A stretch of DNA of 64,000 nt, taken from the NCBI GenBank assembly GCA_966186155.1, contig CBIFVW010000001.1, forward strand, positions 3,543 to 67,542, given 5' to 3'. The notes under the pieces are model-generated. The model did not search any database and had not been told where the DNA came from. It worked only from the letters and a program-made list of their open reading frames with translations. The position numbers and the translations under genes are program-made. Source of the stretch: an uncultured Sphingomonas sp. (GTDB lineage Bacteria; Pseudomonadota; Alphaproteobacteria; Sphingomonadales; Sphingomonadaceae). This document shows, piece after piece, positions 54,753-63,582 of the stretch (positions within the stretch are counted from its first letter, which is position 1; each line of letters starts with the position of its first letter).

Positions 54753-55064
54753 ATGTTCACCAAGTTGATCGCGGCGGCTTCCCTGGCGTTCGTGGGCGTA
54801 GCCAGCGCCACGACGCCGGTCGCCGCAGCGCCGGCTGCGGGGAGCGCGACGCTGATGGTCGCGGCCGCCGCCAGTCCGGCTGCGCAGGACTGGCGCTATC
54901 GCGGCGACTATCGCCGCTACGACCGCCGCCACTGGGATCGCGGCCGCCATCGCGGCTGGGACCGCGGCCGCCACTATCGCCGCGGCTACTATCGCGGCGG
55001 GCGCACCTGCTGGCGTGAGTGGCGCTTCGGCCATCGCGTGACGGTCTGCCGCCGCCGCTGGTAA
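54753..55064 (+). CDS. small secreted, extremely Arg/Trp/Tyr/His-rich protein (hypothetical)
   Basis: ATG at 54753 follows GAGAGGAGAG. Signal peptide MFTKLIAAASLAFVGVASA. An Ala/Pro linker follows. The tail is QDWRYRGDYRRYDRRHWDRGRHRGWDRGRHYRRGYYRGGRTCWREWRFGHRVTVCRRRW, with two Cys. Confidence 0.6.
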   Translation: MFTKLIAAASLAFVGVASATTPVAAAPAAGSATLMVAAAASPAAQDWRYRGDYRRYDRRHWDRGRHRGWDRGRHYRRGYYRGGRTCWREWRFGHRVTVCRRRW

Positions 55065-55077
55065 GCCGAAGACCATC

Positions 55078-55104
55078 GGGCGCTCGCCGGACCGGCGGGC
55101 GCCC
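55078..55104. terminator. GC-rich hairpin between convergent genes
   Basis: GGGCGCTCGCCGG-a-CCGGCGGGCGCCC has a 13-bp stem with one T/G position. It lies between the stop at 55064 (+) and the stop at 55104 (-). Confidence 0.55.
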
Positions 55105-56498
55105 TATTGCCGCAGGGGAAGGCTGAACACGAAGCGCGCGCCCATGCCCGGCGCGCTGTCCACGGTCAGCTCGCCACCCATCGCGCGCGCGAGCCTGCGG
55201 GCGATGTAGAGGCCGAGCCCGCTGCCGCCCGGCTCGCTCGGATCGACGCGGCCGAACTTCTCGAAGATCTTCTCCTGGTCCTCGATCGCGATGCCCTTGC
55301 CCTGATCGGCGACGATCACATGGCCGCGCGCCTCGTCGCGCTCGAGCCGGATCCACACCATCCCGCCCGGCGGCGAATAGCGGACCGCATTGCCGATCAG
55401 GTTGACCAGCACCTGCAGCGCACGGCGGAACTCGCCGCTGACCGCCAGGCTCTCGTCGGCGGCGGGCTTGTCGATCCGGACCTCCGCCTGGGCCGCGCGC
55501 ACTGCGAGCAGCCCGGCGGCGCGCCGCGCGACATCGGCGAGGTCGACTTCCTCTTCCTCGGTCGCGAAATCCTCACGCTCGATCGCCTGCAGGTCGACCA
55601 GATCGTCGACCAGCCCGAGCAGGTGCCGCCCGGCATTGGCGATGTCGCTCGCATATTCGGCATAATCGCCCTTGAGCGGCCCCTCGGTCTGCGCGCTGAT
55701 CGAATCGGCATTGGCGATGATCCGCCCGAGCGGACCGCGCAGCGCCCGGTCGAGCCGCTGGCTGAACGAGTCGGGAAAGCCGCCGAACGGCGCCGCGGGG
55801 GCGGGCATCGGCGCATCGACCTTGGGCCGCTGCGGCGCCGCGTCGAGCATGTGCGCCGCGCCGACGAAGCCAGCGAAACGCCCGCCCGGATCGGTGCGCG
55901 GGGTCGCGGCGAGGCGGACCATGCGGCCGGTGCCGCGGATCTCGGCCTTCTGTCCGTCGAACCGCGCCTGGCCTGCGACCGCATTGAGGATCGGCAGGCT
56001 GCCGCCCTCGTCCTGCGCGAGGCTGAACAGGCGGGTCAGCGGCTGGCCGAGCATCGCCGAGCTGTCGAAGCCGTAGCGCGCGCCCGCCTCGATCGAGAGG
56101 AAGGTGATCCTGAGCGACGCGTCGGTCTCCCACAGCCAGTCGGCCGCCGAGCGGAAGAAGTCGCCGTCGCGCTCGGGCTCGCTCGCCGGCGCGCGCCAGC
56201 CGGGGCGCAGCCGCCAGCCGCTGACCTCGAGCCGCACCCCGCCCTCTTCGGGCTCGGCGCGTACCCAGAGCTCGAGATCGTCCTCGCCGTCGGCGGCGAT
56301 CACGTTGCGCGAGATGGCGATGCCGAGCCGCTGGGCGAGCCGCGCCAGCGTGGCGATCTGCGGCACTGCGAGCGGCGCGCCGATCGTGCCGCCCGCGCGC
56401 AGGTTGAGCTCGAACAGCCGCGCCTCGGCATCGATCAGCCGGCCCTCTGCATCGAGGCGGCCGATCGCGAGGGGGAGCGCCGGGTCGAGAATGTTCAC
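55104..56498 (-). CDS. PAS-domain histidine-kinase-like protein with an intact ATPase domain but no recognisable phospho-acceptor His
   Basis: 464 aa. The GTG start overlaps the upstream stop (GTGA). There is a PAS region (WLWETDASLRITFLS...). The HisKA-like helix reads FSQRLDRALRGPLGRIIANAD, where xSHELRTPL is expected. The N box (NLIGNAVRYSP), G1 (DQGKGI), F (FEKFGR) and G2 (GSGLGLYIARR) are all present. Confidence 0.75.
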   Translation of the reverse strand: MNILDPALPLAIGRLDAEGRLIDAEARLFELNLRAGGTIGAPLAVPQIATLARLAQRLGIAISRNVIAADGEDDLELWVRAEPEEGGVRLEVSGWRLRPGWRAPASEPERDGDFFRSAADWLWETDASLRITFLSIEAGARYGFDSSAMLGQPLTRLFSLAQDEGGSLPILNAVAGQARFDGQKAEIRGTGRMVRLAATPRTDPGGRFAGFVGAAHMLDAAPQRPKVDAPMPAPAAPFGGFPDSFSQRLDRALRGPLGRIIANADSISAQTEGPLKGDYAEYASDIANAGRHLLGLVDDLVDLQAIEREDFATEEEEVDLADVARRAAGLLAVRAAQAEVRIDKPAADESLAVSGEFRRALQVLVNLIGNAVRYSPPGGMVWIRLERDEARGHVIVADQGKGIAIEDQEKIFEKFGRVDPSEPGGSGLGLYIARRLARAMGGELTVDSAPGMGARFVFSLPLRQ

Positions 56499-57595
56499 CG
56501 CCCACCCCCGGCGCGCTGGAGCGCGGCCATGGCGGCTCGATAATCGGGATGGAGCTTGAGCGGCGCGATCGCCTGACGCGCCTCGGCGCCGGTGATCGCG
56601 GCGATCGTGTCGAGCGTGTCGGCAAAGCGCTCGAGGTCGCGGCGCGGATCGGCCTCGCTCAGCGCATAGCCGATCTGCGCGACGCCCTCGCGGCCGATCT
56701 CGAGCGCGCGCAGCGCCAGCCAGAGGCGGTCGGCATCGGGATCGAGCACCAGGTCGCGCGCCAGCGCGTAGGGCACGCCCAGCGCATGGGCGAGCAGCGC
56801 GATGAACAGCACGATCCGCCGGTCGCCGAGCGACTCGACGAGCAGCCCGGGCAACTCGCGCGGCTGAGCGTCGACCGCGGCGGCGAAGCGCATCGCCGCG
56901 GCTTCGAGCCGGTCGCCCTCGTCATAGGCGGCGAGGCTGCGCTGCGCCGCTTCGGACAGCGCGCGGTCGAGCGCGTCGTTCGGCTCCGCCACCCGCTCGC
57001 GCAGCGCCGCGGCCACCCACCAGACCAGCCGGTGGTGCAGCTCGGCGGGAAGCTCGGTCTGGAACTGTCCCACATCGGGACTGGTCCGACGGCGGCTTTC
57101 GGCGATCAGCACCGCCATCGCGCTCGCTGCGAGCACCCGATCGGGGTGCTGGACGAATCGGTTGATCAGGCTGGGCTGCTCGGGATCGTCGGGCGCGTTC
57201 ATCGGCAAGGCGGCGCCCAGCGTCTCCTGGCGCACGCGCGCTATCAGCTCGGCCATCAGCTCGGGATCGCGCAGCAGCCCGGCCCGCCCGAGCCGTTCGA
57301 GCGCCGAGCCCGGCTCGATCAGCGCCGCGACCAGCCCCGATTCGCCACGCCCGGTGAGCAGGCGCACCGCATGCTCGCGAATCTCGCCCTCCACCGTCTC
57401 GACCAGCCCGCGCAGCAGCGCGGCCAGCGCCGAGCGGCCATGCTCGCCGAGCCGCGCCTCTTCGGGCAGGAAGAAATCGTCGATCGCGACCGCGAGCCCC
57501 TGAAAGGCGCGCAGCTCCGCAGCCGCCGCACGTGCAAGCAGCTCCCGGGCGCCGACGGCGTGGCCATCGCGCATGTCGACGGGATTGTCCGACAT
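56495..57595 (-). CDS. DUF2336 domain protein
   Basis: 366 aa and all-helical. The sequence pattern (…LLRDPELMAELIARV…, …LHHRLVWWVAAALRE…, …IVLFIALLAHALGVP…) fits my recollection of DUF2336. The function is unknown. Confidence 0.6.
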   Translation of the reverse strand: MSDNPVDMRDGHAVGARELLARAAAAELRAFQGLAVAIDDFFLPEEARLGEHGRSALAALLRGLVETVEGEIREHAVRLLTGRGESGLVAALIEPGSALERLGRAGLLRDPELMAELIARVRQETLGAALPMNAPDDPEQPSLINRFVQHPDRVLAASAMAVLIAESRRRTSPDVGQFQTELPAELHHRLVWWVAAALRERVAEPNDALDRALSEAAQRSLAAYDEGDRLEAAAMRFAAAVDAQPRELPGLLVESLGDRRIVLFIALLAHALGVPYALARDLVLDPDADRLWLALRALEIGREGVAQIGYALSEADPRRDLERFADTLDTIAAITGAEARQAIAPLKLHPDYRAAMAALQRAGGGR

Positions 57596-57631
57596 CGACC
57601 TCAGACTAGCGGAAATGTCCTTAAGACGAGA

Positions 57632-58807
57632 CTAAGCTTTTTCGCGCGCGCCCTCAACCGCCGCGGCGAGCGTCGCGAATGCATAGATCGCAACCGCGCC
57701 GAGCCCCGCCACCGGGAATCCGGCGAGCGCGAACGGGGTCAGCAGCAGCAGATGCGCCGAGGGGCTGGCCCACCAGCGCCGCCGGCGGGTGGGCGCGCGC
57801 TCGACCAGCAGCTGCGCCGCGACCGCGACCAGCGCGAGCACCGGCGGCGTGGTGTCGATCAGCCGCGCATATTCGACACCGCCGATCAGCAGCGTCGTCA
57901 GCGCGAACAGGCTGAAGATGCTCCATTCGAGCAATACGGCGCGCTTCTCCTCGCCCCGGATCGCGGCCATCGCCGATCCGGTGGCGAGCGAAGCGGTCCC
58001 GATCAGCGCGCCGACCAGCCCCGCGCCTTCCCAGCCGAGCCCGACGCCGAGCAGCGAGAGCAGCGAGACCAGGCCTCCTGCCATGGTTACCGCCCAGCCG
58101 GGGACGTTGCGTCCCACCAGCTCGGGCAGCGCGAGTCGCGCCGCGCGCGTGAACACCCAGCGGTCCGCCCATTCGGTGCGCCGCTCGGTCAGCGCGGCGA
58201 GCACGCCGGTGTTGCGCTGGGCGAGCCCTTCGACGCTGCGCTCGACCGCATGGCCGCCCTTGAGCCAGCCGGCAGTGAGCGGCACATGCTCGGCGCCCGA
58301 TTGCGCGGCGATGCGCAGCAGCGCCGACTGGAAATCGTAATCCTCGGGCATCTGCGCGATCTGGCCGAGCTGCTCGATCGAGATGCGGGCGATCCCGGCC
58401 CAGCTGTCGCGCATGTCGAGCCGCTCGATCGCGGCGGGCGAAGCGGGATCGTCGGTGACGAGCAGCGCCTCGCCGCCCTCGGCCGCCATGCGGTCCATCA
58501 CTGGATCGGTGGTGACGAGGCCGTCGGCCATCACCAGCACGCGCGCGCCCGGCGCTATCTTCTCCGCCGCTTCTTCGGCCGAGCGGACGATCTCGACATG
58601 GGCGTGGCGCCGCGTGCTGCGGTTGACCGCGGCGAGCAGCGGCGGCGTCATCTTGCCGACCGCGACGAGCACCTGCTCCGCCCCGGCGCCGACGAGCAGC
58701 CGGATCTGATATTCGAGCAAGGTCATGCCGCCGAACGGCAAGGTCGCCATCAGCGTGCCCTGGCGGTCCTCCGCCTCCTCGACTGCGAATATCAGCCCCG
58801 CCAGCAT
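57632..58807 (-). CDS. hypothetical two-domain membrane protein: N-terminal nucleotidyltransferase-like domain, C-terminal polytopic membrane domain
   Basis: I prefer the ATG at 58807 (the TTG at 58843 begins the ORF). The N-terminus LIFAVEE...LPFGGMTLLEYQIRLLVGAGAEQVLVAVG...VLVMADGLV resembles MobA-like NTP-transferase folds. The last about 170 aa are hydrophobic (5-6 TM). Confidence 0.55.
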   Translation of the reverse strand: MLAGLIFAVEEAEDRQGTLMATLPFGGMTLLEYQIRLLVGAGAEQVLVAVGKMTPPLLAAVNRSTRRHAHVEIVRSAEEAAEKIAPGARVLVMADGLVTTDPVMDRMAAEGGEALLVTDDPASPAAIERLDMRDSWAGIARISIEQLGQIAQMPEDYDFQSALLRIAAQSGAEHVPLTAGWLKGGHAVERSVEGLAQRNTGVLAALTERRTEWADRWVFTRAARLALPELVGRNVPGWAVTMAGGLVSLLSLLGVGLGWEGAGLVGALIGTASLATGSAMAAIRGEEKRAVLLEWSIFSLFALTTLLIGGVEYARLIDTTPPVLALVAVAAQLLVERAPTRRRRWWASPSAHLLLLTPFALAGFPVAGLGAVAIYAFATLAAAVEGAREKA

Positions 58808-58875
58808 GTGCGGGTGGTTAGGCGGAATGGAAGAAGGACGCAATTCGTACTCGTTTGGAGTTGCCCGACGAAAAG

Positions 58876-59003
58876 CCTCCCCTTGATGGGGGAGGGTTGG
58901 GTGGGGGTGACCTTTCCGCGGGCAATGTCGCCGGTGGAGAGGTCACCCTCACCCTCCCACCGCCTGCGGCGGCGGGCCCCTCCCTCTCCCATCAAGGGAG
59001 AGA
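58876..59003. repeat. GC-rich composite palindromic intergenic repeat, divergent subfamily (copy E)
   Basis: Terminal hairpins are CCTCCCC-ttgat-GGGGAGG and CTCTCCC-atcaa-GGGAGAG. Inner inverted segments are GGGTGGGGGTGACC / GGTCACCCTCACCC. The element lies between the 57632..58807 and 59013..60209 genes. Confidence 0.75.
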
Positions 59004-59012
59004 GTTCATACC

Positions 59013-60209
59013 TTAGTACAGCAAGCACCCCCGCCGCGCCTCTTCCCACGCCGCTTCGTCCGGCCCGGCCAGCGCATCGAGGTCCTCCGGCTCGGCCGCC
59101 GCGTCGTCCACCCATTCGCGCAGCCCCGGCCCGCCGTTGATCACGTCGATCGCGAGCTTGTCGAAGACATATTCGTACGGGAAGTCGCGCCACAGTTCGT
59201 AGTCGGGATAGAGCCGGCGGATCGCCTTGAAGCCCAGCGCCTGCAGCCGCCACGGCTTGAACGCTGCATGATCGTAGCCCTGGCCCTCGGCATGGATGAA
59301 CACGCCCGAGCAGAGCGTGCCCACATGCTTGTGGAAGGTCGGCTGGAACCAGATGTCGCGGAGCGTGCACCCCTCCAGCCATTGCGGCGCGAGCGCGCGC
59401 ATCGCTGCGATCACGCGGCGCGCGTCGATGTCCGGCGCGCCGAACAGCTCGAGTGGACGCGTCGTCCCCCGCCCCTCGGACAGCATCGTTCCTTCGAGCA
59501 TCACCGTACCCGCATAGGCGCGCGCCATATTGACGTTGGCGGCGTTGGGGCTGGGATTGATCCAGGGCCGCTCGGGCGGCCAGCCGAAGCCCGGCGCTGC
59601 CTCGTGCGCCCAGCCCTCCATCGCGATCACGCGATAATCGACGTCGAGCTTGAACTGCTCGATGAACCAATGCCCCATCTCGCCCAGCGTCATGCCGTGC
59701 CGCATCGGCATGGGCCCGGCGCCGACGAAGCTCTCCCAGCCGGGCAGCAGGGTCGTGCCCTCGACCGGCCGCCCGGCCGGATTGGGACGGTCGAGCACCC
59801 AGACGCTCTTGCCGTGCGCGGCCGCGGCCTCGAGCACGTAGAGCAAGGTCGTCACGAAGGTGTAGATGCGGCAGCCCACGTCCTGCAGGTCGACCAGCAT
59901 CACGTCGAACGTGTGCATCGACTGGCCGGTCGGCCGCCGCACTTCGCCGTACAGGCTGAACACCGGCATGCCATAGGTCGGGTCGGTGAAGTCGGGCGAC
60001 TCCATCATATTGTCCTGCAGGTCGCCGCGCACGCCGTGCTGCGGCCCGAACACCGCCGAGACGTTGAGTCCCGTGGCGACCAGCGCGTCGATCGAATGGG
60101 TGAGGTCCGCGGTCACCGACGCGGGGTGTGCGAGCAATGCGACACGCCGCCCTTCGAGGGGCTTGCGGAGGTCGGGGTCGGCGAGCAGCCGGTCGATGCC
60201 GAATTTCAT
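59013..60209 (-). CDS. namZ: DUF1343 / NamZ-family exo-beta-N-acetylmuramidase-like protein
   Basis: ATG at 60209 within ORF 59013..60560. GIDRLL...RVALLAHPASV...VFGPQHGVRGD...GMPVFSLYGEVRRPT...FDVMLVDLQDVGCRIYTFVTTL...VLDRPNPAG matches the DUF1343 layout. Confidence 0.8.
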   Translation of the reverse strand: MKFGIDRLLADPDLRKPLEGRRVALLAHPASVTADLTHSIDALVATGLNVSAVFGPQHGVRGDLQDNMMESPDFTDPTYGMPVFSLYGEVRRPTGQSMHTFDVMLVDLQDVGCRIYTFVTTLLYVLEAAAAHGKSVWVLDRPNPAGRPVEGTTLLPGWESFVGAGPMPMRHGMTLGEMGHWFIEQFKLDVDYRVIAMEGWAHEAAPGFGWPPERPWINPSPNAANVNMARAYAGTVMLEGTMLSEGRGTTRPLELFGAPDIDARRVIAAMRALAPQWLEGCTLRDIWFQPTFHKHVGTLCSGVFIHAEGQGYDHAAFKPWRLQALGFKAIRRLYPDYELWRDFPYEYVFDKLAIDVINGGPGLREWVDDAAAEPEDLDALAGPDEAAWEEARRGCLLY

Positions 60210-60718
60210 GTGTCGCTGGGTGCCGGGAGTTCGAGGGCGAAGCAAGCCGGATCGTGGAAATCGGGTTTCCCCGGAGGATGCGCGAGCGCCCAATAGGATT
60301 TGGTGCCGTCCTGCTCCTCGATAACGGCGGTGAGCGCCGCGCGCCACGGCCCGGGCGGAAGCGCCGAGAGGTCGACCGCGACATGCACGCCGTCCTCGAT
60401 CGGCTCGATCATGGGAACGGGCAGCGGCAGGTCCGCCATGCCGGCGCGATAATCGTCGAAGCGATAGGCGGCCCATGCGTGCGAAGGCGAGAAGTTGAAC
60501 TCGAAATAGCCCGTCCCGCCTTCGGGCCTGACGAACAGCTCGAAGCATGTGGTTCGCCACAATCCGTCGGTCCGCACCGGGGCCGCGGGCGAGGGGATAT
60601 GCGGGAGGGCACCCTGCACCTTCCAGGCCAGGCTTGCCGGGCCGCGGCGCAACTCCGCCGCCACCTCGATCTCCTCGACCGCGGCGGGCGGGAACGCGGG
60701 GTGCGGAATCAACTTCAC
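60206..60718 (-). CDS. DOMON-like domain protein (hypothetical)
   Basis: GTG at 60718 within ORF 60206..61321. ATGA overlap with namZ. GLWRTTCFELFV...YFEFNFSPSHAWAAYRFDDYR...SYWALAHPPGKPDFH resembles proteins named DOMON-like. Confidence 0.55.
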   Translation of the reverse strand: MKLIPHPAFPPAAVEEIEVAAELRRGPASLAWKVQGALPHIPSPAAPVRTDGLWRTTCFELFVRPEGGTGYFEFNFSPSHAWAAYRFDDYRAGMADLPLPVPMIEPIEDGVHVAVDLSALPPGPWRAALTAVIEEQDGTKSYWALAHPPGKPDFHDPACFALELPAPSDT

Positions 60719-60756
60719 GGAACGGGGATAAGCGAGGCAGCGGTGGAGAGCCAGGG

Positions 60757-61263
60757 CTAGGTTGAAGCCCGCACTTCGCGCACGACCTCGCGATAGAGCA
60801 GGCAAAAGGCGAGGACGTGCGTGATCATGAGCAGCGGCACATAAAGGATCGGAACCGCATAGGCGGCGCCGAGCGTACCCGCGACCTCGGGCAGTCCGAG
60901 CCGGACGGCATGATAATAGTCTCCCAGCAGGTCGCAGACGCCGACGATGTTGAAGGCGGCCACGAACGTCCAGAAGAGCGGGCGGATGCGAAACGTCACG
61001 AGCGCCATCAGGGCGAGCACGCCGGTGGCGAGGTCGCCATAGGCCGCGAAGGTCGCGAAGCCGCCGGGAAGGTCGCGACCGACCGCGCCCGGCACGACGA
61101 AGACGAGGCCGAAGAAGCGGAAGCTGTGCAACGTGGCGATCGCGCGATGCACGATCTCCGGCCGCACGGTCCGCGCCCAGGGCAGCCCATAGCCGAAAAG
61201 CCAGACGATCCACGCGACATAGCCGAGGATCATCTGGAGCTGGAAAAGCGCTCCGACAGCCAT
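60757..61263 (-). CDS. hypothetical polytopic membrane protein
   Basis: ATG at 61263 follows GAGGAG. 168 aa with about 5 hydrophobic segments. No family was recognised. Confidence 0.6.
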   Translation of the reverse strand: MAVGALFQLQMILGYVAWIVWLFGYGLPWARTVRPEIVHRAIATLHSFRFFGLVFVVPGAVGRDLPGGFATFAAYGDLATGVLALMALVTFRIRPLFWTFVAAFNIVGVCDLLGDYYHAVRLGLPEVAGTLGAAYAVPILYVPLLMITHVLAFCLLYREVVREVRAST

Positions 61264-61274
61264 CTTCCTGCTCC

Positions 61275-61517
61275 TCAACTGCGGCCGTCGACTGCCAGAT
61301 GCGTGATCCGCTCGTGCGCATCGGTCAGATGAAAGCCATATCGGACGATGTCGTCCAGGCAGCTGTTCACGTCGACGCCGGCATGCGGCTCGTCGCGGTG
61401 CATCTCCAGCGTCTTGAACGGCGACCATGGCGCATAGCGCTCCGGGAGGTTCGCGCCTTCCGCGTCCGGGGTCGCCCCGAACACGCGCCCCGGCCCTCTG
61501 AATATATGGACGATCAT
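61275..61517 (-). CDS. small conserved hypothetical protein (80 aa)
   Basis: RBS AGAGGA. The sequence begins MIVHIFRGPGRVFGATPDAEGANLPERYAPWSPFKTLE. It is the first gene of the minus-strand operon, 11 nt upstream of the next gene. Confidence 0.5.
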   Translation of the reverse strand: MIVHIFRGPGRVFGATPDAEGANLPERYAPWSPFKTLEMHRDEPHAGVDVNSCLDDIVRYGFHLTDAHERITHLAVDGRS

Positions 61518-61554
61518 TGCGGTCCTCTAACGGCTTCCCAGCGGCGCTCTGCCG

Positions 61555-61571
61555 CTTTACATGCTGTAAAG
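61555..61571. promoter_or_regulatory. perfect palindrome in the divergent TetR / operon promoter region (candidate TetR operator)
   Basis: CTTTACA-tgc-TGTAAAG has 7-bp perfect arms. A further TTTACA half-site lies at about 61593. The palindrome sits 38 nt from the operon ATG (61517) and 30 nt from the TetR GTG (61601). Confidence 0.5.
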
Positions 61572-61600
61572 TCAGGCCGGAATGACATGGAGTTTACAGG

Positions 61601-62188
61601 GTGTCAAGCGAAGAGACGACGACGCGCTCCCGCATCGTCCGGGCGGCATTGTCGCTAATCGAGCAGGGGCAAGGGGCGATCAGCATGGGTGCCATCGCAA
61701 AGGCGGCGGGGCTGTCGCGCCAGGCACTGTATCTGACCTTCGCCAACAGGGCGGACCTGTTCATCGCGGTGCTGCGCTTCGCCGACGGACAGCGCGGCAT
61801 CGTCGAGGAGCGCGCGCGGATCCGTGCCGCGACCACCGGTCGCGAGGCCCTGCTCGCGATCGTCGACCGGCAGGCGCGGCTCAGTCCGGCGTACAAGCGC
61901 CTGGCCGACGCCTTCGAAGTGCTGCGGCGGCAGGACGAAGCCGCCGAAGAGGCATGGCAGGACCGGCAGCGCGACCGCCTGGCCGGCTGCCGCGTGGTGG
62001 CGGAGCGCCTCGCCGCCGAGGGCGCGTTGCGGTCCAGTCTCGACGCCGAGGTCGCCGCCGACCTCATCTGGGCGGCCACCGCCTCGACCCTGTGGGACGA
62101 CCTCGTCACGGTCCGCGGATGGACCTCCGCCGCCTATGGCGAGCAGCTCGCCGGGCTCCTGCTGCGCGCGCTGACGACGGACGGCTGA
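61601..62188 (+). CDS. TetR/AcrR-family transcriptional regulator
   Basis: 195 aa. The N-terminal HTH is [45 protein letters not shown]. Confidence 0.85.
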   Translation: MSSEETTTRSRIVRAALSLIEQGQGAISMGAIAKAAGLSRQALYLTFANRADLFIAVLRFADGQRGIVEERARIRAATTGREALLAIVDRQARLSPAYKRLADAFEVLRRQDEAAEEAWQDRQRDRLAGCRVVAERLAAEGALRSSLDAEVAADLIWAATASTLWDDLVTVRGWTSAAYGEQLAGLLLRALTTDG

Positions 62189-62206
62189 CGACTTCCGACG
62201 ATTCCG

Positions 62207-62229
62207 TTCCCCGCGCTCGCGGGGATGAC
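62207..62229. repeat. third copy of the short GTCATCCC-hairpin repeat (inverted orientation)
   Basis: TCCCCGCGCTCGCGGGGGATGAC lies between the TetR stop and the tyrS start. Compare 30984..31006. Confidence 0.7.
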
Positions 62230-62262
62230 GCGCGCGCTCGCCTCGGCTATGCGCGCCGCACG

Positions 62263-63489
62263 ATGACCGAATACCAGTCCGATCTGCTCCGCCTGCTCTC
62301 CTCGCGCGGCTATATCCACCAGGTCACCGATCCGGAAGGACTCGACGCGCTCGCCGCGAAGCAGGTCGTGCCCGGCTATATCGGCTTCGACGCCACCGCA
62401 CCCTCGCTCCATGTCGGCAACCTCGTCTCGGTCATGCTGCTCCGCCGCCTCCAGCAGGCCGGGCACAAGCCGATCGTGCTGATGGGCGGCGGCACCACCA
62501 AGGTGGGCGACCCTTCGGGCAAGGACGAGATCCGCAAGCTGCTCGACGAGGACGGCATCGCCGCCAACATCGCCTCGATCAAGCGCATCTTCGAGCGTTT
62601 CCTGACCTTCGGCGACGGCCCGACCGACGCCGTGATGGTCAACAACGCCGATTGGCTCGACAAGCTCGAATATATCCCGTTCCTGCGCGATGTCGGCCGG
62701 CATTTCACGATCAACCGGATGCTGACCTTCGACTCGGTCAAGCTCCGGCTCGACCGCGAGCAGCCGCTGACCTTCCTCGAGTTCAACTACATGATCCTCC
62801 AGGCCTATGATTTCCTGGAGCTTTCCCGCCGTGCGCAGTGCCGCCTCCAGATGGGCGGATCGGACCAGTGGGGCAACATCGTCAACGGCATCGAGCTCAC
62901 CCGCCGCATCGACGGCGACGAGGTCTTCGGCGTCACCACGCCGCTGATCACCAAGGCCGACGGTTCGAAGATGGGCAAGTCGGTCAACGGCGCGGTGTGG
63001 CTGCACGAGGACCAGCTCGGCCATTATGATTACTGGCAGTTCTGGCGGAACACCGACGATCGCGACGTGGGCAAGTTCCTTCGCCTTTTCACGGACCTGC
63101 CGCTCGACGAGATCGCCCGGCTCGAGATGCTCGAGGGCGCGGAGATCAACGAGGCCAAGAAAATCCTCGCCAACGCGGCGACGGCACTGTGCCGCGGCGC
63201 CGACGCGGCGGCCGAGGCGGCAGAGACGGCGCGCCGCACTTTCGAGGAGGGCGCCGCGGGCGACGCGCTGCCGCGTTTCGCCGTCGAAGGCGGCAGCATC
63301 GGCGTGGTCGATGCGCTGGTCGCGCTCGGCCTCTGCCCGTCCAAGGGCGAGGCGCGGCGCAAGCTCGGCGAGGGCGCTATCCGCGTCGACGACCAGCCCG
63401 TCTCCGACCCGCTGCTGACGATCACAGTCTCGGCGCCGGTCAAGCTCAGTTTCGGCAAGAAACGCCACGGGCTGCTGACCCCTCCGTAG
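62263..63489 (+). CDS. tyrS: tyrosyl-tRNA synthetase
   Basis: ATG at 62263 within ORF 61582..63489. HIGH-type motif in [19 protein letters not shown] motif KMGKS. C-terminal S4-like domain. Confidence 0.95.
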   Translation: MTEYQSDLLRLLSSRGYIHQVTDPEGLDALAAKQVVPGYIGFDATAPSLHVGNLVSVMLLRRLQQAGHKPIVLMGGGTTKVGDPSGKDEIRKLLDEDGIAANIASIKRIFERFLTFGDGPTDAVMVNNADWLDKLEYIPFLRDVGRHFTINRMLTFDSVKLRLDREQPLTFLEFNYMILQAYDFLELSRRAQCRLQMGGSDQWGNIVNGIELTRRIDGDEVFGVTTPLITKADGSKMGKSVNGAVWLHEDQLGHYDYWQFWRNTDDRDVGKFLRLFTDLPLDEIARLEMLEGAEINEAKKILANAATALCRGADAAAEAAETARRTFEEGAAGDALPRFAVEGGSIGVVDALVALGLCPSKGEARRKLGEGAIRVDDQPVSDPLLTITVSAPVKLSFGKKRHGLLTPP

Positions 63490-63529
63490 AAGTACGGGGC
63501 CTGATAAGTCAACGTTAAGCAGCTTTGTT

Positions 63530-63554
63530 GCAACGAGATTTACGCGGCGGCGTT
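63530..63554 (+). promoter_or_regulatory. ECF-like promoter candidate (one mismatch to the EcfG consensus)
   Basis: GCAAC-N16-CGTT, with the -10 element 29 nt upstream of the PilZ ATG at 63583. Confidence 0.3.
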
Positions 63555-63582
63555 TATCACCGCAGCCCTACCTCTAGCGTAA

